The notes: a model not told the origin generated them from the letters alone. 64,000 bases of DNA from an uncultured Chlamydiae bacterium (GCA_963830365.1 CAWHMU010000042.1:1-64000), one strand, 5' to 3'; numbered from the stretch's first letter, positions 39,646 to 50,473 are shown. Program-made: numbers and translations.

Positions 39646-41175
39646 ATGTCTTCATATCCCCAAGGAACTAAACAGGTGTATTGTCCGCCTGTTTTTGCAA
39701 ATAATGACAGACTCACACACATGCAGGCGCTTTTTCCTGCCATCGACAGCATGTATCAGCAATTTGCAGAGAAGCATCATTGTCCGGGATACGCCTATGG
39801 GGTGATGGTGGATGGCCAATTGGCACACTCGGGAAGCCGGGGCTATTTGGATGTCGATAAAAAGACTCCTGTCACCACGCAATCGATGTTCCGTATTGCC
39901 TCAATGACTAAAAGCTTTACCGCCATGGCCATTTTAAAGCTGCGCGATGAAGGTTTTTTAAAATTGGACGACCCTGTTTCCCTATACCTGCCGGAGCTCA
40001 GAGAGCAGCGCTTGACGACAGATTCACCCGCGATCACCATCAGAGATCTGCTGACACATGCGGCTGGTTTTCCCTCCGACAATGAATGGGCCGACAGGCT
40101 GTTGGCAGCGACGAGTGATGAGCTGATAGCGTTATTGGAAAAGGGGATTTTCTTTTCCAACATACCCGGGACAGCTTATGAATATAGCAACCTCGGTTAT
40201 GCGATATTGGGCTATGTTATCGAGAAGGTATCCGGATGGCCTTACGGCAAATACATCGATGAAAACATATGCAAGCCTTTAGGCATGAAGCAGGCGGCAT
40301 GGGAATTTACAGAGGTGCCGGCTTCTCAACTGGCCCACGGTTATAAGTGGTGCAATGAAAGCATGACAGAAGAACCGCTGCTCCACGATGGGATTTTTGG
40401 GGCTATGGGGGGCATGATTACTTCCATAGAAGCTTTCAGCCGCTTTGCGGCGCTGCACCAATCGGCATGGCCTCCACGCAATGATGCTGAAACAGGTCCC
40501 ATCAAAAGGAGCTCCATCCGGGAGCTGCACCAACCATGGCGCTTTGATGAGCTGGTTTCGGATATCAAATATTCAGATGGTCGAGAATGCCTGCTGGCTC
40601 ATGCCTATGGCTATGGCCTGCATTGGTATCGGGACAGAGAGAAAAGAACCTATGTAGGGCATAGCGGCGGGCTGCCTGGCTTCGGCAGCAACTGGTTTTT
40701 CATGCCGGACTATGGCCTGGGCATTATCCTGTTCACGAATGGCACCTATGTGCCAACCTGGCAAGCCAATTTGAGTGTGTTGGATGTGCTGATAAAAGGG
40801 GCTCAATTGAAGCCTAGCCAGATATCGCCATCAACAATTTTGCGTGATATGAAATGCCGCTTGGAAAAATTATTGCCGGAATGGGAAAATGCAGAGTCCA
40901 GCGGCATCTTTGCATTAAACTTTTTCTTGGATCACTCTGTTGACATATTAAAAAAACACGCCAAGGAGCTGTTTGCAAAGGCCGGTAAGATTATTTCTAT
41001 CGGCGATGTGTCGCCGATCAACCAGTTGAGCGGCTATTTCATTATGCAAGGCGAAAAGAGCGATCTGCATGTGAGTTTTTTCCTCACCCCGGATAATCCT
41101 ACCTTGATCCAGCGTTATCAAATAAAAGAAATCGGAAAAGGGGTAAAAACCAAGCCAGAAACTTTGATCAGGTAA
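39646..41175 (+). CDS. Serine hydrolase, beta-lactamase class C/AmpH-like
   Basis: FRIASMTK, LLTHAAG, YEYSN, GHSGGLPGF. Confidence 0.9.
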   Translation: MSSYPQGTKQVYCPPVFANNDRLTHMQALFPAIDSMYQQFAEKHHCPGYAYGVMVDGQLAHSGSRGYLDVDKKTPVTTQSMFRIASMTKSFTAMAILKLRDEGFLKLDDPVSLYLPELREQRLTTDSPAITIRDLLTHAAGFPSDNEWADRLLAATSDELIALLEKGIFFSNIPGTAYEYSNLGYAILGYVIEKVSGWPYGKYIDENICKPLGMKQAAWEFTEVPASQLAHGYKWCNESMTEEPLLHDGIFGAMGGMITSIEAFSRFAALHQSAWPPRNDAETGPIKRSSIRELHQPWRFDELVSDIKYSDGRECLLAHAYGYGLHWYRDREKRTYVGHSGGLPGFGSNWFFMPDYGLGIILFTNGTYVPTWQANLSVLDVLIKGAQLKPSQISPSTILRDMKCRLEKLLPEWENAESSGIFALNFFLDHSVDILKKHAKELFAKAGKIISIGDVSPINQLSGYFIMQGEKSDLHVSFFLTPDNPTLIQRYQIKEIGKGVKTKPETLIR

Positions 41176-41188
41176 AAAATGGGATTTC

Positions 41189-41701
41189 ATGAAAATAGAA
41201 ACGCCTAAACGCTTTGCCATCATTGGAATTCCGGGAAGTGGGAAGTCCACGTTTTCCATTAAACTAGGCAAGGTTTTGGGGATTCCGGTGCACCATCTGG
41301 ACAGGCATATGTTTGAAGCGGGTGGAAAGAAAAAGGATAAGCAAGAAATTTTGGCAGTCGAGCAAGCCTTGGTCAATGAGGATGCCTGGATCGTAGAAGG
41401 GTGCTCCATATCGACGTTGGGAACGCGGTTTGCCAAGGCCGACATTGTGCTGTGCTTTTACCTGCCGCGCCTGCTGTGTATATGGAGAATTTGCAAAAGG
41501 CTGTTTGTTTACGACAAGGCCCTGGCCGATACGGGATGCACGAGGATGGTCGACTGGAGGCTTGTAAAATACATCTGGAAGTTCGATCAGGAAAAAAGAG
41601 CTGTCATCGATGCTGTCAGAAAAGCCTATCCGCAGGTTGAATACCGTGTTTTTCGGAGCTCGAAGGATGCCGACAAATATTTGCAAGAAATCAGGCCATG
41701 A
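41189..41701 (+). CDS. FlaR/adenylate-kinase-like P-loop protein
   Basis: IIGIPGSGKST, HHLD, WIVEG, RFAKAD. Confidence 0.8.
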   Translation: MKIETPKRFAIIGIPGSGKSTFSIKLGKVLGIPVHHLDRHMFEAGGKKKDKQEILAVEQALVNEDAWIVEGCSISTLGTRFAKADIVLCFYLPRLLCIWRICKRLFVYDKALADTGCTRMVDWRLVKYIWKFDQEKRAVIDAVRKAYPQVEYRVFRSSKDADKYLQEIRP

Positions 41702-41867
41702 CCACATGTTCATAGATTGATGGAAAAAAAACAGTAAGCATGAAAAGAAAACTATAAACTACAGAGGCTGAAAGCCTGAGCAATTTTTTTAGGCAGTGAT
41801 CAATGACCGGATCTTTTAACTGTTATAATTTCCCCCTGTTGTAACACCCGAGGAGTGGAAGATTGAT

Positions 41868-42749
41868 ATGGATTTCATTCAGAGCGTAGTTGCCCATCAT
41901 ATTGATGCTGGCAAGATTGAAAGAGATGGCTATGGGTTGCGATACCAAATCGAGGGGAGCGGACTTTCAACCTTTGTGATTGGCAGCGCCATCTATTATC
42001 CGAGGACCTTTTCAGAAAATCTGCGCAAACACCTGCGCCTGGCTTTTGTAGACCATCGATGCTTTGCCCTATCCCGCAAGGCAGAGGAAAATCCGAGGCT
42101 TGAATTAGACATCATCCTCGATGATATGGAACATGTCAGAATAAAGCTTGGTTTGGGACGCATGGTTGTTGTCGGCCATTCCGGGCATGGGTTTATGGCG
42201 TTGGAATATGCCAAAAAGTATCCGGAGCATGTGTCGCATGTCGTTTTGATTGGCCATGGCCCCGACCTTAGCGCCAAAAGTGCAGAAATGGCTGATCAAA
42301 ACTGGCAGGCAGCGGCTTCGGTTGCCCGCAAAGCAGCTCTAGAGGATGGATTGCTGCGCCTGTCCGAAGACCAAAAGAGGCCGTTGACACCGAGCCAGCT
42401 GTTCATCAGGCAATATGTGCGCCATGGCGCACGTCTATGGTATGATGATCAGTTCGATGCATCGACACTATGGGAAGGTGTGGACATTAATATCCCGCTG
42501 TTCAGTTATGTTTGGGGAACTGTTTTTCGGGACATCGATATTACAAAGGGTTTGGATATCTTTAAAAAACCTGTTTTTCTTGCTCTGGGAAAATATGATT
42601 TCCTTGTCGGGGCAGCTGCATGGGATGATGTGCTTAACAAATTCCATGACATCACCAAGCATGTCTTTGAACATAGCGGCCATACCCCCCAATATGAAGA
42701 GGCAGGCCTCTTTGATCAAAAACTTTTGACATGGCTTTCTAGCCATTGA
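41868..42749 (+). CDS. Alpha/beta hydrolase (proline-iminopeptidase-like)
   Basis: GHSGHG nucleophile elbow, LGKYD, SGHTPQYEE. Confidence 0.85.
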   Translation: MDFIQSVVAHHIDAGKIERDGYGLRYQIEGSGLSTFVIGSAIYYPRTFSENLRKHLRLAFVDHRCFALSRKAEENPRLELDIILDDMEHVRIKLGLGRMVVVGHSGHGFMALEYAKKYPEHVSHVVLIGHGPDLSAKSAEMADQNWQAAASVARKAALEDGLLRLSEDQKRPLTPSQLFIRQYVRHGARLWYDDQFDASTLWEGVDINIPLFSYVWGTVFRDIDITKGLDIFKKPVFLALGKYDFLVGAAAWDDVLNKFHDITKHVFEHSGHTPQYEEAGLFDQKLLTWLSSH

Positions 42750-42807
42750 TATTTATCGGTTCTTCTCTGTGCAAATCGGCGCTTTTTTTTAAGTGAAAAA
42801 AAGTCGC

Positions 42808-42838
42808 TTGACCCTCACGCCGCGTGATACCATATGAT
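42808..42838 (+). promoter_or_regulatory. MerR-type promoter/operator with 19-bp spacer
   Basis: TTGACC-N19-TATGAT with dyad TCACGC-C-GCGTGA in the spacer, directly upstream of the MerR gene. Confidence 0.85.
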
Positions 42839-42882
42839 TAGAGACATCCTTTAAGAATAGATGGTGTTAAGGGGGACACAAG

Positions 42883-43647
42883 ATGGCTTATACAGTGAAA
42901 GAGTTGGCAAAATTGTCAGGTGTCAGTGTGCGCACGCTGCATTATTACGATGAGGTTGGCCTTTTAAAACCGGCTTACCTCGGAGAAAGTGGATATAGAT
43001 ATTATGAAGAAGCAGAACTGCTGCTACTTCAGCAGATCCTTTTCCTTCGTGAGTTGGATTTCGAGTTAAAGCAAATACAGCAAATCTTGGGTCGCAGCGA
43101 TTATAATCAAATCGCGGCTTTGGGGGCGCATCGAAGTGTTTTAAAAAAACAGGGGGAGCGCATTCAGAGTTTAATACAAACCATCGACAAAACCATTGAC
43201 CATTTAAAAGGAGTCAAAAAGATGTCGAACCAGGAAATGTATCAAGGTTTCAGCCGCGAAAAGCAGGCTGAATATGAAAAGTACCTCATTGACCTGTGTG
43301 GTAACAAGGCGAAGGTATGTTTTGACGAATGCAGAGAAAACATTAAAGCCTGGAAGAAGGGGGACTATGAAAAATTAAAAAAGGATGGGGATGTACTGTG
43401 GAAGCAGCTTGCAGAAGCGATGAATGCAAGGCTTAAAGCCAATTCTCAGACAGTGCAGACATTGATTGCTAAGCACCATCAGTGGGTTAAGCGCGTGTAC
43501 CATCCGACTAAAGATGTGTATATCGGATTGGGTCAGCTTTACATCGAACATGCTGATTTTAGGAAATTCTTTGAGCCGTATCATCCTGGCCTGCCGGAAT
43601 TTTTGGCAGAAGCGATGAAAGTGTATGCCGAAAAGGGATTGTCATAA
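42883..43647 (+). CDS. MerR-family regulator with TipAS domain (Mta/TipA-like)
   Basis: YTVKELAKLSGVSVRTLHYYDEVGLL..GYRYY; C-terminal GLGQLYI..DFRKFFE..PGLPEFLAEAM. Confidence 0.92.
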   Translation: MAYTVKELAKLSGVSVRTLHYYDEVGLLKPAYLGESGYRYYEEAELLLLQQILFLRELDFELKQIQQILGRSDYNQIAALGAHRSVLKKQGERIQSLIQTIDKTIDHLKGVKKMSNQEMYQGFSREKQAEYEKYLIDLCGNKAKVCFDECRENIKAWKKGDYEKLKKDGDVLWKQLAEAMNARLKANSQTVQTLIAKHHQWVKRVYHPTKDVYIGLGQLYIEHADFRKFFEPYHPGLPEFLAEAMKVYAEKGLS

Positions 43648-44311
43648 ATGATGCTCTATCGCTATGTGTTCTGGAGTCGTCCAGAGCACATATGCGATGA
43701 AGTTTTGTAAGGGAGGACAAAGAAATGTAACAGGATTTTAGGATGGCCAGGATAAAAAAATGCGGCAAACGTTATCGTCACCAGGTGGCGAGAAAGCTGG
43801 CGGAAATGACACCTATTCGGTCAAGAGAAGTGATTGATCACGACATACCGCTCTCTGTGATCATGCCGTAAAATTTAGCTCATCCTGACCATCATAATAA
43901 CCTATTATTTTTTTAAGCTGCCTATCAAATTTCTTTAATCAAAAGGCCCTGTTAAAGGAAAATGATCTGTCTAAATTAATTTTGTGAATGCCAACAATTG
44001 TACGTCCTCAAAAAAACTGCGGCGTGGGCTGGGCTTGGTGATCGTTGGCGGACTACTGGTTCCTCGCCAACGGCCACAGATTATTGTCGATGCCATCCGC
44101 GAAATCGCTGCCTCCTGCCTGAAGAATAAAGAGGAATAGGGCAGGATATAACTGGTTATTCCGGTTTTTTGCAGGACTTGTATAGAGAAAAGAGCTAGCA
44201 TAGCAACTGTTATTTTGCCTCCGGTATGTTACCGAAAAATTTACATTTCTACGCACCTTTTCTAGATGAGTCCTGCAAAGCTGATGAACCATATAACTCA
44301 GGGAGTTATAA

Positions 44312-45178
44312 ATGAAGAATTTCATGTGTGGCTTTGTTTTTGCTTTTATATATGTCTCGACAAATCTGCTTGGGAATGTCGTGCATGCTCCCAATCTGGA
44401 TGTGCTTGAAAAGCATATCCAGGAGCTGGATGAAAATGCCTTAGTGGTTTTTGATGTTGATTTTACGCTGATTGTACCTGATGATCGCATCCTGGCACCT
44501 TGCGGCGAGGCGCATTTGAAGAAATTCAGAAACAGGCATCGAGAGCTCGTGGAAGACTGGGAGGTGTTGGAGAGCAAGGTTTGTCTTAAAGCCCAAGTCT
44601 CGCTGATAGATAACAGAATTCTAAACCTGCTGGAGAGATTGAAGCAGAAAAAGATCAAGGTGATGGCGTTAACGGCCATGCCGACAGGTCGTCTTGGCCT
44701 TGTGCCCAATGCGGAAGCATGGCGAGTGCAACAGCTGGCGGCGCTCGGCATTCATTTTGGCTGGTCGTTTCCTGACATAGATTCCATGGCGCTGGAGGGG
44801 TTTGCAGGGAAGAAAACTAGGCCTGTTTTCAAACGCGGGATTTTGCTTTCGGCCAAATATCCCAAAGGCAAGGTGCTGTGTGCTTTTTTGAAAAAGGTAG
44901 GCTGGCAGCCATCCCAGGTATTCTTTATCGACGATAGAATGGAATATATCGATTCGGTGGAGTGTGAATTAGAGAAAGAGCATATCAAACACACCTCATT
45001 TCATTATACGGCTGCCACAGATGCGCCGTGTCAGCTCGATGAAAAGCTTGCCGACTTTCAACTGAATTATCTCTTGGAAAGAGGGGAGTGGCTGAGCGAA
45101 GAGGAAGCAAATAGGGTAGATGGCATCCAAAATGAGATCAAGGTGTTGATGGATCACGCTAGCCATCATAGCCGATAG
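44312..45178 (+). CDS. DUF2608-like HAD-superfamily protein
   Basis: Signal-like N-terminus, VVFDVDFTL, ALTA, KGKVL, FIDD. Confidence 0.75.
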   Translation: MKNFMCGFVFAFIYVSTNLLGNVVHAPNLDVLEKHIQELDENALVVFDVDFTLIVPDDRILAPCGEAHLKKFRNRHRELVEDWEVLESKVCLKAQVSLIDNRILNLLERLKQKKIKVMALTAMPTGRLGLVPNAEAWRVQQLAALGIHFGWSFPDIDSMALEGFAGKKTRPVFKRGILLSAKYPKGKVLCAFLKKVGWQPSQVFFIDDRMEYIDSVECELEKEHIKHTSFHYTAATDAPCQLDEKLADFQLNYLLERGEWLSEEEANRVDGIQNEIKVLMDHASHHSR

Positions 45179-45711
45179 AAATCTTTTTCCATTTGGATGA
45201 CGCCAATGGTAACGCCATCAGGAAGGGTGGCCTGTTCTTTGGTCATAGGGCGCCATCCTTTTGATTTATAGAAGGCTACCCCGGACAGAGTGGCTCCCAG
45301 CATGCCGCGCTGGAAGCCGAAGGCCTGGGCAGCCCTTTCCGAATGGGCTAGAATTAAAGAGCCAATGCCTTTGCCGCTTTCCTGAGGGGCTGTAAACATC
45401 GCGCGAATTCTGGCAGGCTCGTGTTTGGGATCTAAGGTGGAATCCTCTTGAGGAGACCCCGCAGGTCCTGCATAAAGGGTTTTCCGGAAACTCCATCCTC
45501 CACAACCAACGAGAGCCTCGTCACCTGTCGTGACCACAAAGAATGTTTGATCTTTGATGAGTTGCCGTGGCGGAACACAGACATGGTGGCAGCAAGAACT
45601 TACCTGTGCTTCCGTGTAATGTCCTTGTCCCAGTAGCTGCATGGAATGCTTCATCAGGGCTTCAACGGCTTCCAAATCAGTTTCCTGCGCCAATCTAATT
45701 TTCATTCCCAT
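45166..45711 (-). CDS. GNAT N-acetyltransferase
   Basis: IRLA, VGCGGWS, ARIRAMF..GKGIG, ATLSGVAFY..GW. Confidence 0.88.
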   Translation of the reverse strand: MGMKIRLAQETDLEAVEALMKHSMQLLGQGHYTEAQVSSCCHHVCVPPRQLIKDQTFFVVTTGDEALVGCGGWSFRKTLYAGPAGSPQEDSTLDPKHEPARIRAMFTAPQESGKGIGSLILAHSERAAQAFGFQRGMLGATLSGVAFYKSKGWRPMTKEQATLPDGVTIGVIQMEKDFYRL

Positions 45712-45740
45712 CTCCCTTATGCTGTAAAACATCCTTTGAC

Positions 45741-48700
45741 CTAAAAATCATGGATGAAAAGAACCTCGACATTATCTTCTTCCAATTTCCTTATAGCTTC
45801 ACAAAGCTGATCAATATCCACTTCCAAAGCTGTGTAAGTGTATGCCAAGTCGGTAGGGACAGAAATTTCATAGATCTTCCGTATGCCATTACCAGTCTTA
45901 ACGGTTGGTTCAAGGCTCTTTACATCAACCTGGATTTTATCGTGTCCTTCGATGCTAATACATTTGATGCTCGACTGCCTTGCTATTTTCAGCATCACCT
46001 CGGTAAAGCGCATGTATCGGGGAATTTCAATGTGTTTTAGATCATATGCGGGATAGATTCCCAAGACCACGATGCTTGAATCTATCGATTCTATATGATT
46101 TTCATCATCTCGGATGAATAGGTGGGTGGTCTCACCTTCCTTCATCGTTTCCGATCCATAAAGATAGGACATGGGGGCTGAAAGCAGCCCTTTCAAAGTG
46201 TACTCAATGGTCATCCCGGTGCCGACAAACAGCCCTTTTAGACGGGATCCTAAAGTTTTGTTTTTTCCTAGATAGACGTTCCAATAGGATCCAATATCTT
46301 TGAAATAGGGGTATTTATAGAAAGGGGTGTTTTCGATGTAATTACCATACTCTTTCAAAGACCGTAGCCGCTCTTGATCGGCAGGTGTTTTCTCTAAAGA
46401 GCTTTTGTGCCTATTGAAAACCTTATCACATAGGGCAAATGGTGCCGCTATCAATCCCTTTGTACCATATTCCAGTGTCATGGTAGTACCCACAAAGAGA
46501 TTCATTAAATTGTATTCGGATAATGCCACGCCGCTAAAACCATTCCGCTTTTGGGCAGCCTGCCACGATTCCCCATAGACCCTCCAAAAGCCGCCGATCT
46601 CACTGAAATAGGGATAGCGATAGGCAGGTTCATTTTGAACAAACGCCGCATAGCGTTGGGCTGCCCTTACGTTCTGCCATTCGGGGGCTGTCAGGTAGGT
46701 TTGCATTTGGGGTCGATTATAATTGTTATCTAGCGTTAACGTTTCAACAATGGTTTCTGGAGTCGTTTCATTGGAGGGCTTGTCAAAACGAATAAGAGAA
46801 TTTAACGTTGAATCTCCCCTGCGGATCAAGGGGTCACAGTTATAATGCACCATACCATGCGCTTGCAAGCTATCTATCCAGTACTGCAGGGAATGAAAAT
46901 TCCTTATTTCTTGATTATTGATCTCGGGTTTTACGCCTGTAGCGACATTGAAAATGCTATGCACGACGTCTACCAAATTTTGCAATTCTTCAGTATTTGC
47001 GTCGTGATCCATCAAAATAAAGCTTCCACCAGGTCTGAGAATTCTTTTAATGGATGCAATGAACGGATTAAGTTTTCCCTCTGGCGCATGGTGTAAACCA
47101 ATATACATGCAAACAAGATCCACACTAGCTGATGGAATTGCACTCTCTGAAATCGGCGCATAATCGTTTAGCAAAACAAATTGATTGTACGGTCGTGGAA
47201 ACCCTGCTTCAATATGATCACTTAAGCTTTCTTTATCATTAATGACATAGAAAGGGCCTTTCATATCTAGGCGATTTTTCAAAGGGCGTATCATGCGTCC
47301 TGGATATCCAATCTCTACATATCCGTTAACTTTTCTTGGGCCGACTAACATTGCCGTTTGATCGCCAAGATCAGCTTTTATACATTTTAAAGATGTGATG
47401 GCTTGATGCAGGTTTGAAATGGCATTCGACTTTGCCTGTCCGATTTTGTGGTAAAGGATCCCATAAATCTGTTGGTCATTAAGACGAGGATTTTCGAGAA
47501 TTGAATCCATCAGGATAAAAAATTCGTCTTCAGATAGCTGCATGAAGATATTATTCAGAAAATCACGAATTCCATCACGTTGACCGTTCACGCGATTGAA
47601 AACCTTGCGAAACAAGGAGCCTTTGTCAGCATCGGCAGTCAAATAGTCTTTATAAAACCCATTGTCAAAAAGACCATCGGGATCGATAGCCAATTTATAT
47701 GAAATAATTGCTTCCCAATTGGGGTAGCAGGCCTTGAACTGTTCTAGCGTAGCAAAATGCTGATAGGGCAAATAATAGGAGCCTTCATGGGCAATTAAAT
47801 AATCGATGACTTCACGAACCCAGATTTTCGTCTTTTGGATTTCATTAGGGGATATTTTTTGATTAAAGAAAAGGACAACAGCAAAGCGTTCTCCATCTTG
47901 TGCATAGGACAGCTTTGTTGTAAGGTCGTTTTTTACAAAACGCACCGAGGCATTAAGTAAAGCGACATTGTTTTCCTGAAGAATATTTGCTAAGAAGCTT
48001 AGGAAGTTTGATAGGTCCTTACCTTTTACAAAGTACTCTTGCAGCCACTCGGCATCGATTTTCGAATTATTAAAGACAGGGTTGATCGGCGGACGCATCA
48101 CTTCATTACGGCATGAAATTTTTGCGAGCAGGGCATCATTCTTCTCTACTTTCCAGGCCAAATTGCGCAGCCAGGATAGTCGACGGATGGTATGCAGCTT
48201 AATACGATCGATACGATTGCCGCGTTCCGGCTCGTCGATCAAATCGGCAATGACGGGCTCATCGCTCAGCCTTTGATAATTAACGGCCACGCCTGATTGG
48301 AACAGATGTTTCGGTTCCAATGATAGGCGATATAGGTGCATATCGACATCTTGATTATTGCGGATATGCTGATTGAAATAGGCCAGGTAATTGCTTGGAG
48401 CCATTTCAACACCGGTTTCAACCATTTTGACATTATCGGTCAAAGAAATTGTCGCCTCAATGATGACGCCAAAGCCTCCGTAGCCTCCAACAACGAAATC
48501 AAAAAGTTCATCATCGGGAGTTACGACTAATACTTCACCTTGGGCATTGACAATCGTAAGTGCAAGAATGGTATTGCGCAAACAGCCTGTTTTATAGTCC
48601 CAGCCGTGACAGTTGGCTGAGATTGATCCGCCGATGCTGAAGATGTTGGAGGCCTGCATTACCCTGACAGCCAGTCCAAACTGATTAGCTTCTCGTTGAA

Positions 48701-49412
48701 GATCTGCCCAAGAAGCGCCAGATCCGACATAAGCGATTTTAAACTGAGGATCGATTATTATTTGATTTAGCTTGGCAGTATTAATGACGACATTCCAATC
48801 GTCATTAGAGATAGCTTGTTTACCTTGGCTCATGGACTTGCCGAGTGTAGAAACTGACTTGCCGTCAATTTTTGCTTTCTTAATAATAGCTTGCACATCC
48901 GATATTGATTCGGGATAAGCCATAAAGGCACGTGAACTGTAAAGTTGTCCATATGGTGTTACTTGGAAAGTTTGAATTTTTCCTGGGATGAAGTGGTGAG
49001 TGACTAGATCAGGGGATATCATACCCATCGGAGCTGTAAGCAAACCAAGCGAGTTTTTTTTAATCGCCTCTGTATTTTTCCTATACTGTGCCACATGGTA
49101 ATCACGCTGTAACGGATCTTTATTGAGGATGATCTGCGATGCTTGTTGAGCCTGTTTTGTAGCTAAAATGGCCAGATCAATGGCAGTGCAGACAGGGAAC
49201 AAGGTAACACTCATCACCCTGGAGGTGATCGATGTCAAAGGTTGGATTAAGGGAGTTTTTTGGCCTTTGTCGATAAGCCAATCATTACCAGATGCAACTT
49301 TTTCAGAGAAATAAACATCTTTAGCTATGTCTTGCGTGATATCCTCGACCGCATCAACAGAAGTAAAAAGAAAAGAAGAAAATAATATGATAGTTGAGAT
49401 GAGAAAATGCAT
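45741..49412 (-). CDS. Multidomain FAD-linked oxidase (VAO/ALO-like) plus SAM methyltransferase plus duplicated C-terminal module
   Basis: FSIGGSISANCHG, GGYGGFG, GSYYLPY, DPDGLF; VEIGYPG, IGLHH, LRPGG; two PxYxYPYF..IG..W..Y..LFVGT.MT.EY..KGL..AP repeats. Confidence 0.8.
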   Translation of the reverse strand: MHFLISTIILFSSFLFTSVDAVEDITQDIAKDVYFSEKVASGNDWLIDKGQKTPLIQPLTSITSRVMSVTLFPVCTAIDLAILATKQAQQASQIILNKDPLQRDYHVAQYRKNTEAIKKNSLGLLTAPMGMISPDLVTHHFIPGKIQTFQVTPYGQLYSSRAFMAYPESISDVQAIIKKAKIDGKSVSTLGKSMSQGKQAISNDDWNVVINTAKLNQIIIDPQFKIAYVGSGASWADLQREANQFGLAVRVMQASNIFSIGGSISANCHGWDYKTGCLRNTILALTIVNAQGEVLVVTPDDELFDFVVGGYGGFGVIIEATISLTDNVKMVETGVEMAPSNYLAYFNQHIRNNQDVDMHLYRLSLEPKHLFQSGVAVNYQRLSDEPVIADLIDEPERGNRIDRIKLHTIRRLSWLRNLAWKVEKNDALLAKISCRNEVMRPPINPVFNNSKIDAEWLQEYFVKGKDLSNFLSFLANILQENNVALLNASVRFVKNDLTTKLSYAQDGERFAVVLFFNQKISPNEIQKTKIWVREVIDYLIAHEGSYYLPYQHFATLEQFKACYPNWEAIISYKLAIDPDGLFDNGFYKDYLTADADKGSLFRKVFNRVNGQRDGIRDFLNNIFMQLSEDEFFILMDSILENPRLNDQQIYGILYHKIGQAKSNAISNLHQAITSLKCIKADLGDQTAMLVGPRKVNGYVEIGYPGRMIRPLKNRLDMKGPFYVINDKESLSDHIEAGFPRPYNQFVLLNDYAPISESAIPSASVDLVCMYIGLHHAPEGKLNPFIASIKRILRPGGSFILMDHDANTEELQNLVDVVHSIFNVATGVKPEINNQEIRNFHSLQYWIDSLQAHGMVHYNCDPLIRRGDSTLNSLIRFDKPSNETTPETIVETLTLDNNYNRPQMQTYLTAPEWQNVRAAQRYAAFVQNEPAYRYPYFSEIGGFWRVYGESWQAAQKRNGFSGVALSEYNLMNLFVGTTMTLEYGTKGLIAAPFALCDKVFNRHKSSLEKTPADQERLRSLKEYGNYIENTPFYKYPYFKDIGSYWNVYLGKNKTLGSRLKGLFVGTGMTIEYTLKGLLSAPMSYLYGSETMKEGETTHLFIRDDENHIESIDSSIVVLGIYPAYDLKHIEIPRYMRFTEVMLKIARQSSIKCISIEGHDKIQVDVKSLEPTVKTGNGIRKIYEISVPTDLAYTYTALEVDIDQLCEAIRKLEEDNVEVLFIHDF

Positions 49413-49660
49413 AGGTGTAACAATCTTTGTTAATTAAACTAATGTTTCAAAAATGATAGGTTAAAAGCAGTAAGATTTCAATTAGATTGTTTTTGCCAAC
49501 CAGGTACAGCAAGTAGATCATGGGATAGAGCAGGTTTTCAAAAACTCATAAAATAGGGCTCATCACACAAACGATTGGTTGTCAGAGATGACTTCTCAAA
49601 AACTGGCTATGATCACTAATCGATCAAGAAATTTGATTGATCTCTGCATACCCTTCCCGG

Positions 49661-50212
49661 CTTGTCGTTACCCACAACTATCAAATAAACACTTCAGTCA
49701 TTCTTCCAATAATTTCGTCGACAATTCCCCATCAATAAGGGTCTTGTAATATAGAGGAGACATGGAATGACAACAATTATTTTATGTCTTGATAAAAGCG
49801 GAAGCTTGTTGTCATGGGTTTCAACCTATGGAATGTGAATGTAGAATAAAAAGAGCCGCGAATATGGCGATAGCACCGGAAGAAGCTGAATTAGGCGTAC
49901 ATGTTTTTAGAAAAAATCATGAGTCGTCGCTGTCGCCGTATTCACGGCTTTATTTCCAAACTATTGATCACCACACGCTTACGCATGTGGCTACATGCTG
50001 CCGCCGCTATTCACGGCTGGACTAGACTTTCAAAAGAGTTTTGGAGGAGAGTCTCTTATGTTAGGAGGGTTTCTAGCGCGAAAATCGGACGGAAAACCGG
50101 GATGGCAAAAAATCTGGAAAGGCTGGATTAGACTGCAAGATATGCGCGATGGAATGGAAAGGGCTCTGCAAAAAATGACTTAAAGTATTTGATAGATGTG
50201 GGTAACGACAAG
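49661..50212 (+). mobile_element. Internally deleted IS4-family (IS50/Tn5-like) element carrying a REP-like cassette
   Basis: TIR CTTGTCGTTACCCACA, perfect 9-bp TSD CCTTCCCGG, residual transposase C-terminus LGGFLARKSDGKPGWQKIWKGWIRL. Confidence 0.92.
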
Positions 50213-50473
50213 CCTTCCCGGTCCAATGCACCAACATAGAGCTCACAGAGCTCACAGAAGGAATTCATTGTAGCTGGATTTTTTTACCACAAAGGTGATC
50301 AAAGTCCAAACATCATGCCGTGATCCGGCTCTTAGTATACCAAGCCGAGCAAGGTCGTGTGGCATAGCACAAACGCTTCACTAAACTATCGCTAGGGAAA
50401 AGTTTCCGGTGAGAACCGCTGACTGAAAGCTATACTTTTTCTGGCGTTGTTCACCTAACCGGTCAATTTCTTG

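Noticed and set aside
39646..41175. Calling this a true beta-lactamase resistance gene
   Set aside because: SxxK/YxN/HxG motifs are shared with esterases and peptidases; substrate cannot be read from sequence
43719..43905. Degenerate palindrome (AGGATGGCCAGGAT/ATCCTGACCATCAT) with a TATTCGGTCAAG end inside
   Set aside because: Probably another decayed element, but boundaries and TSD cannot be defined
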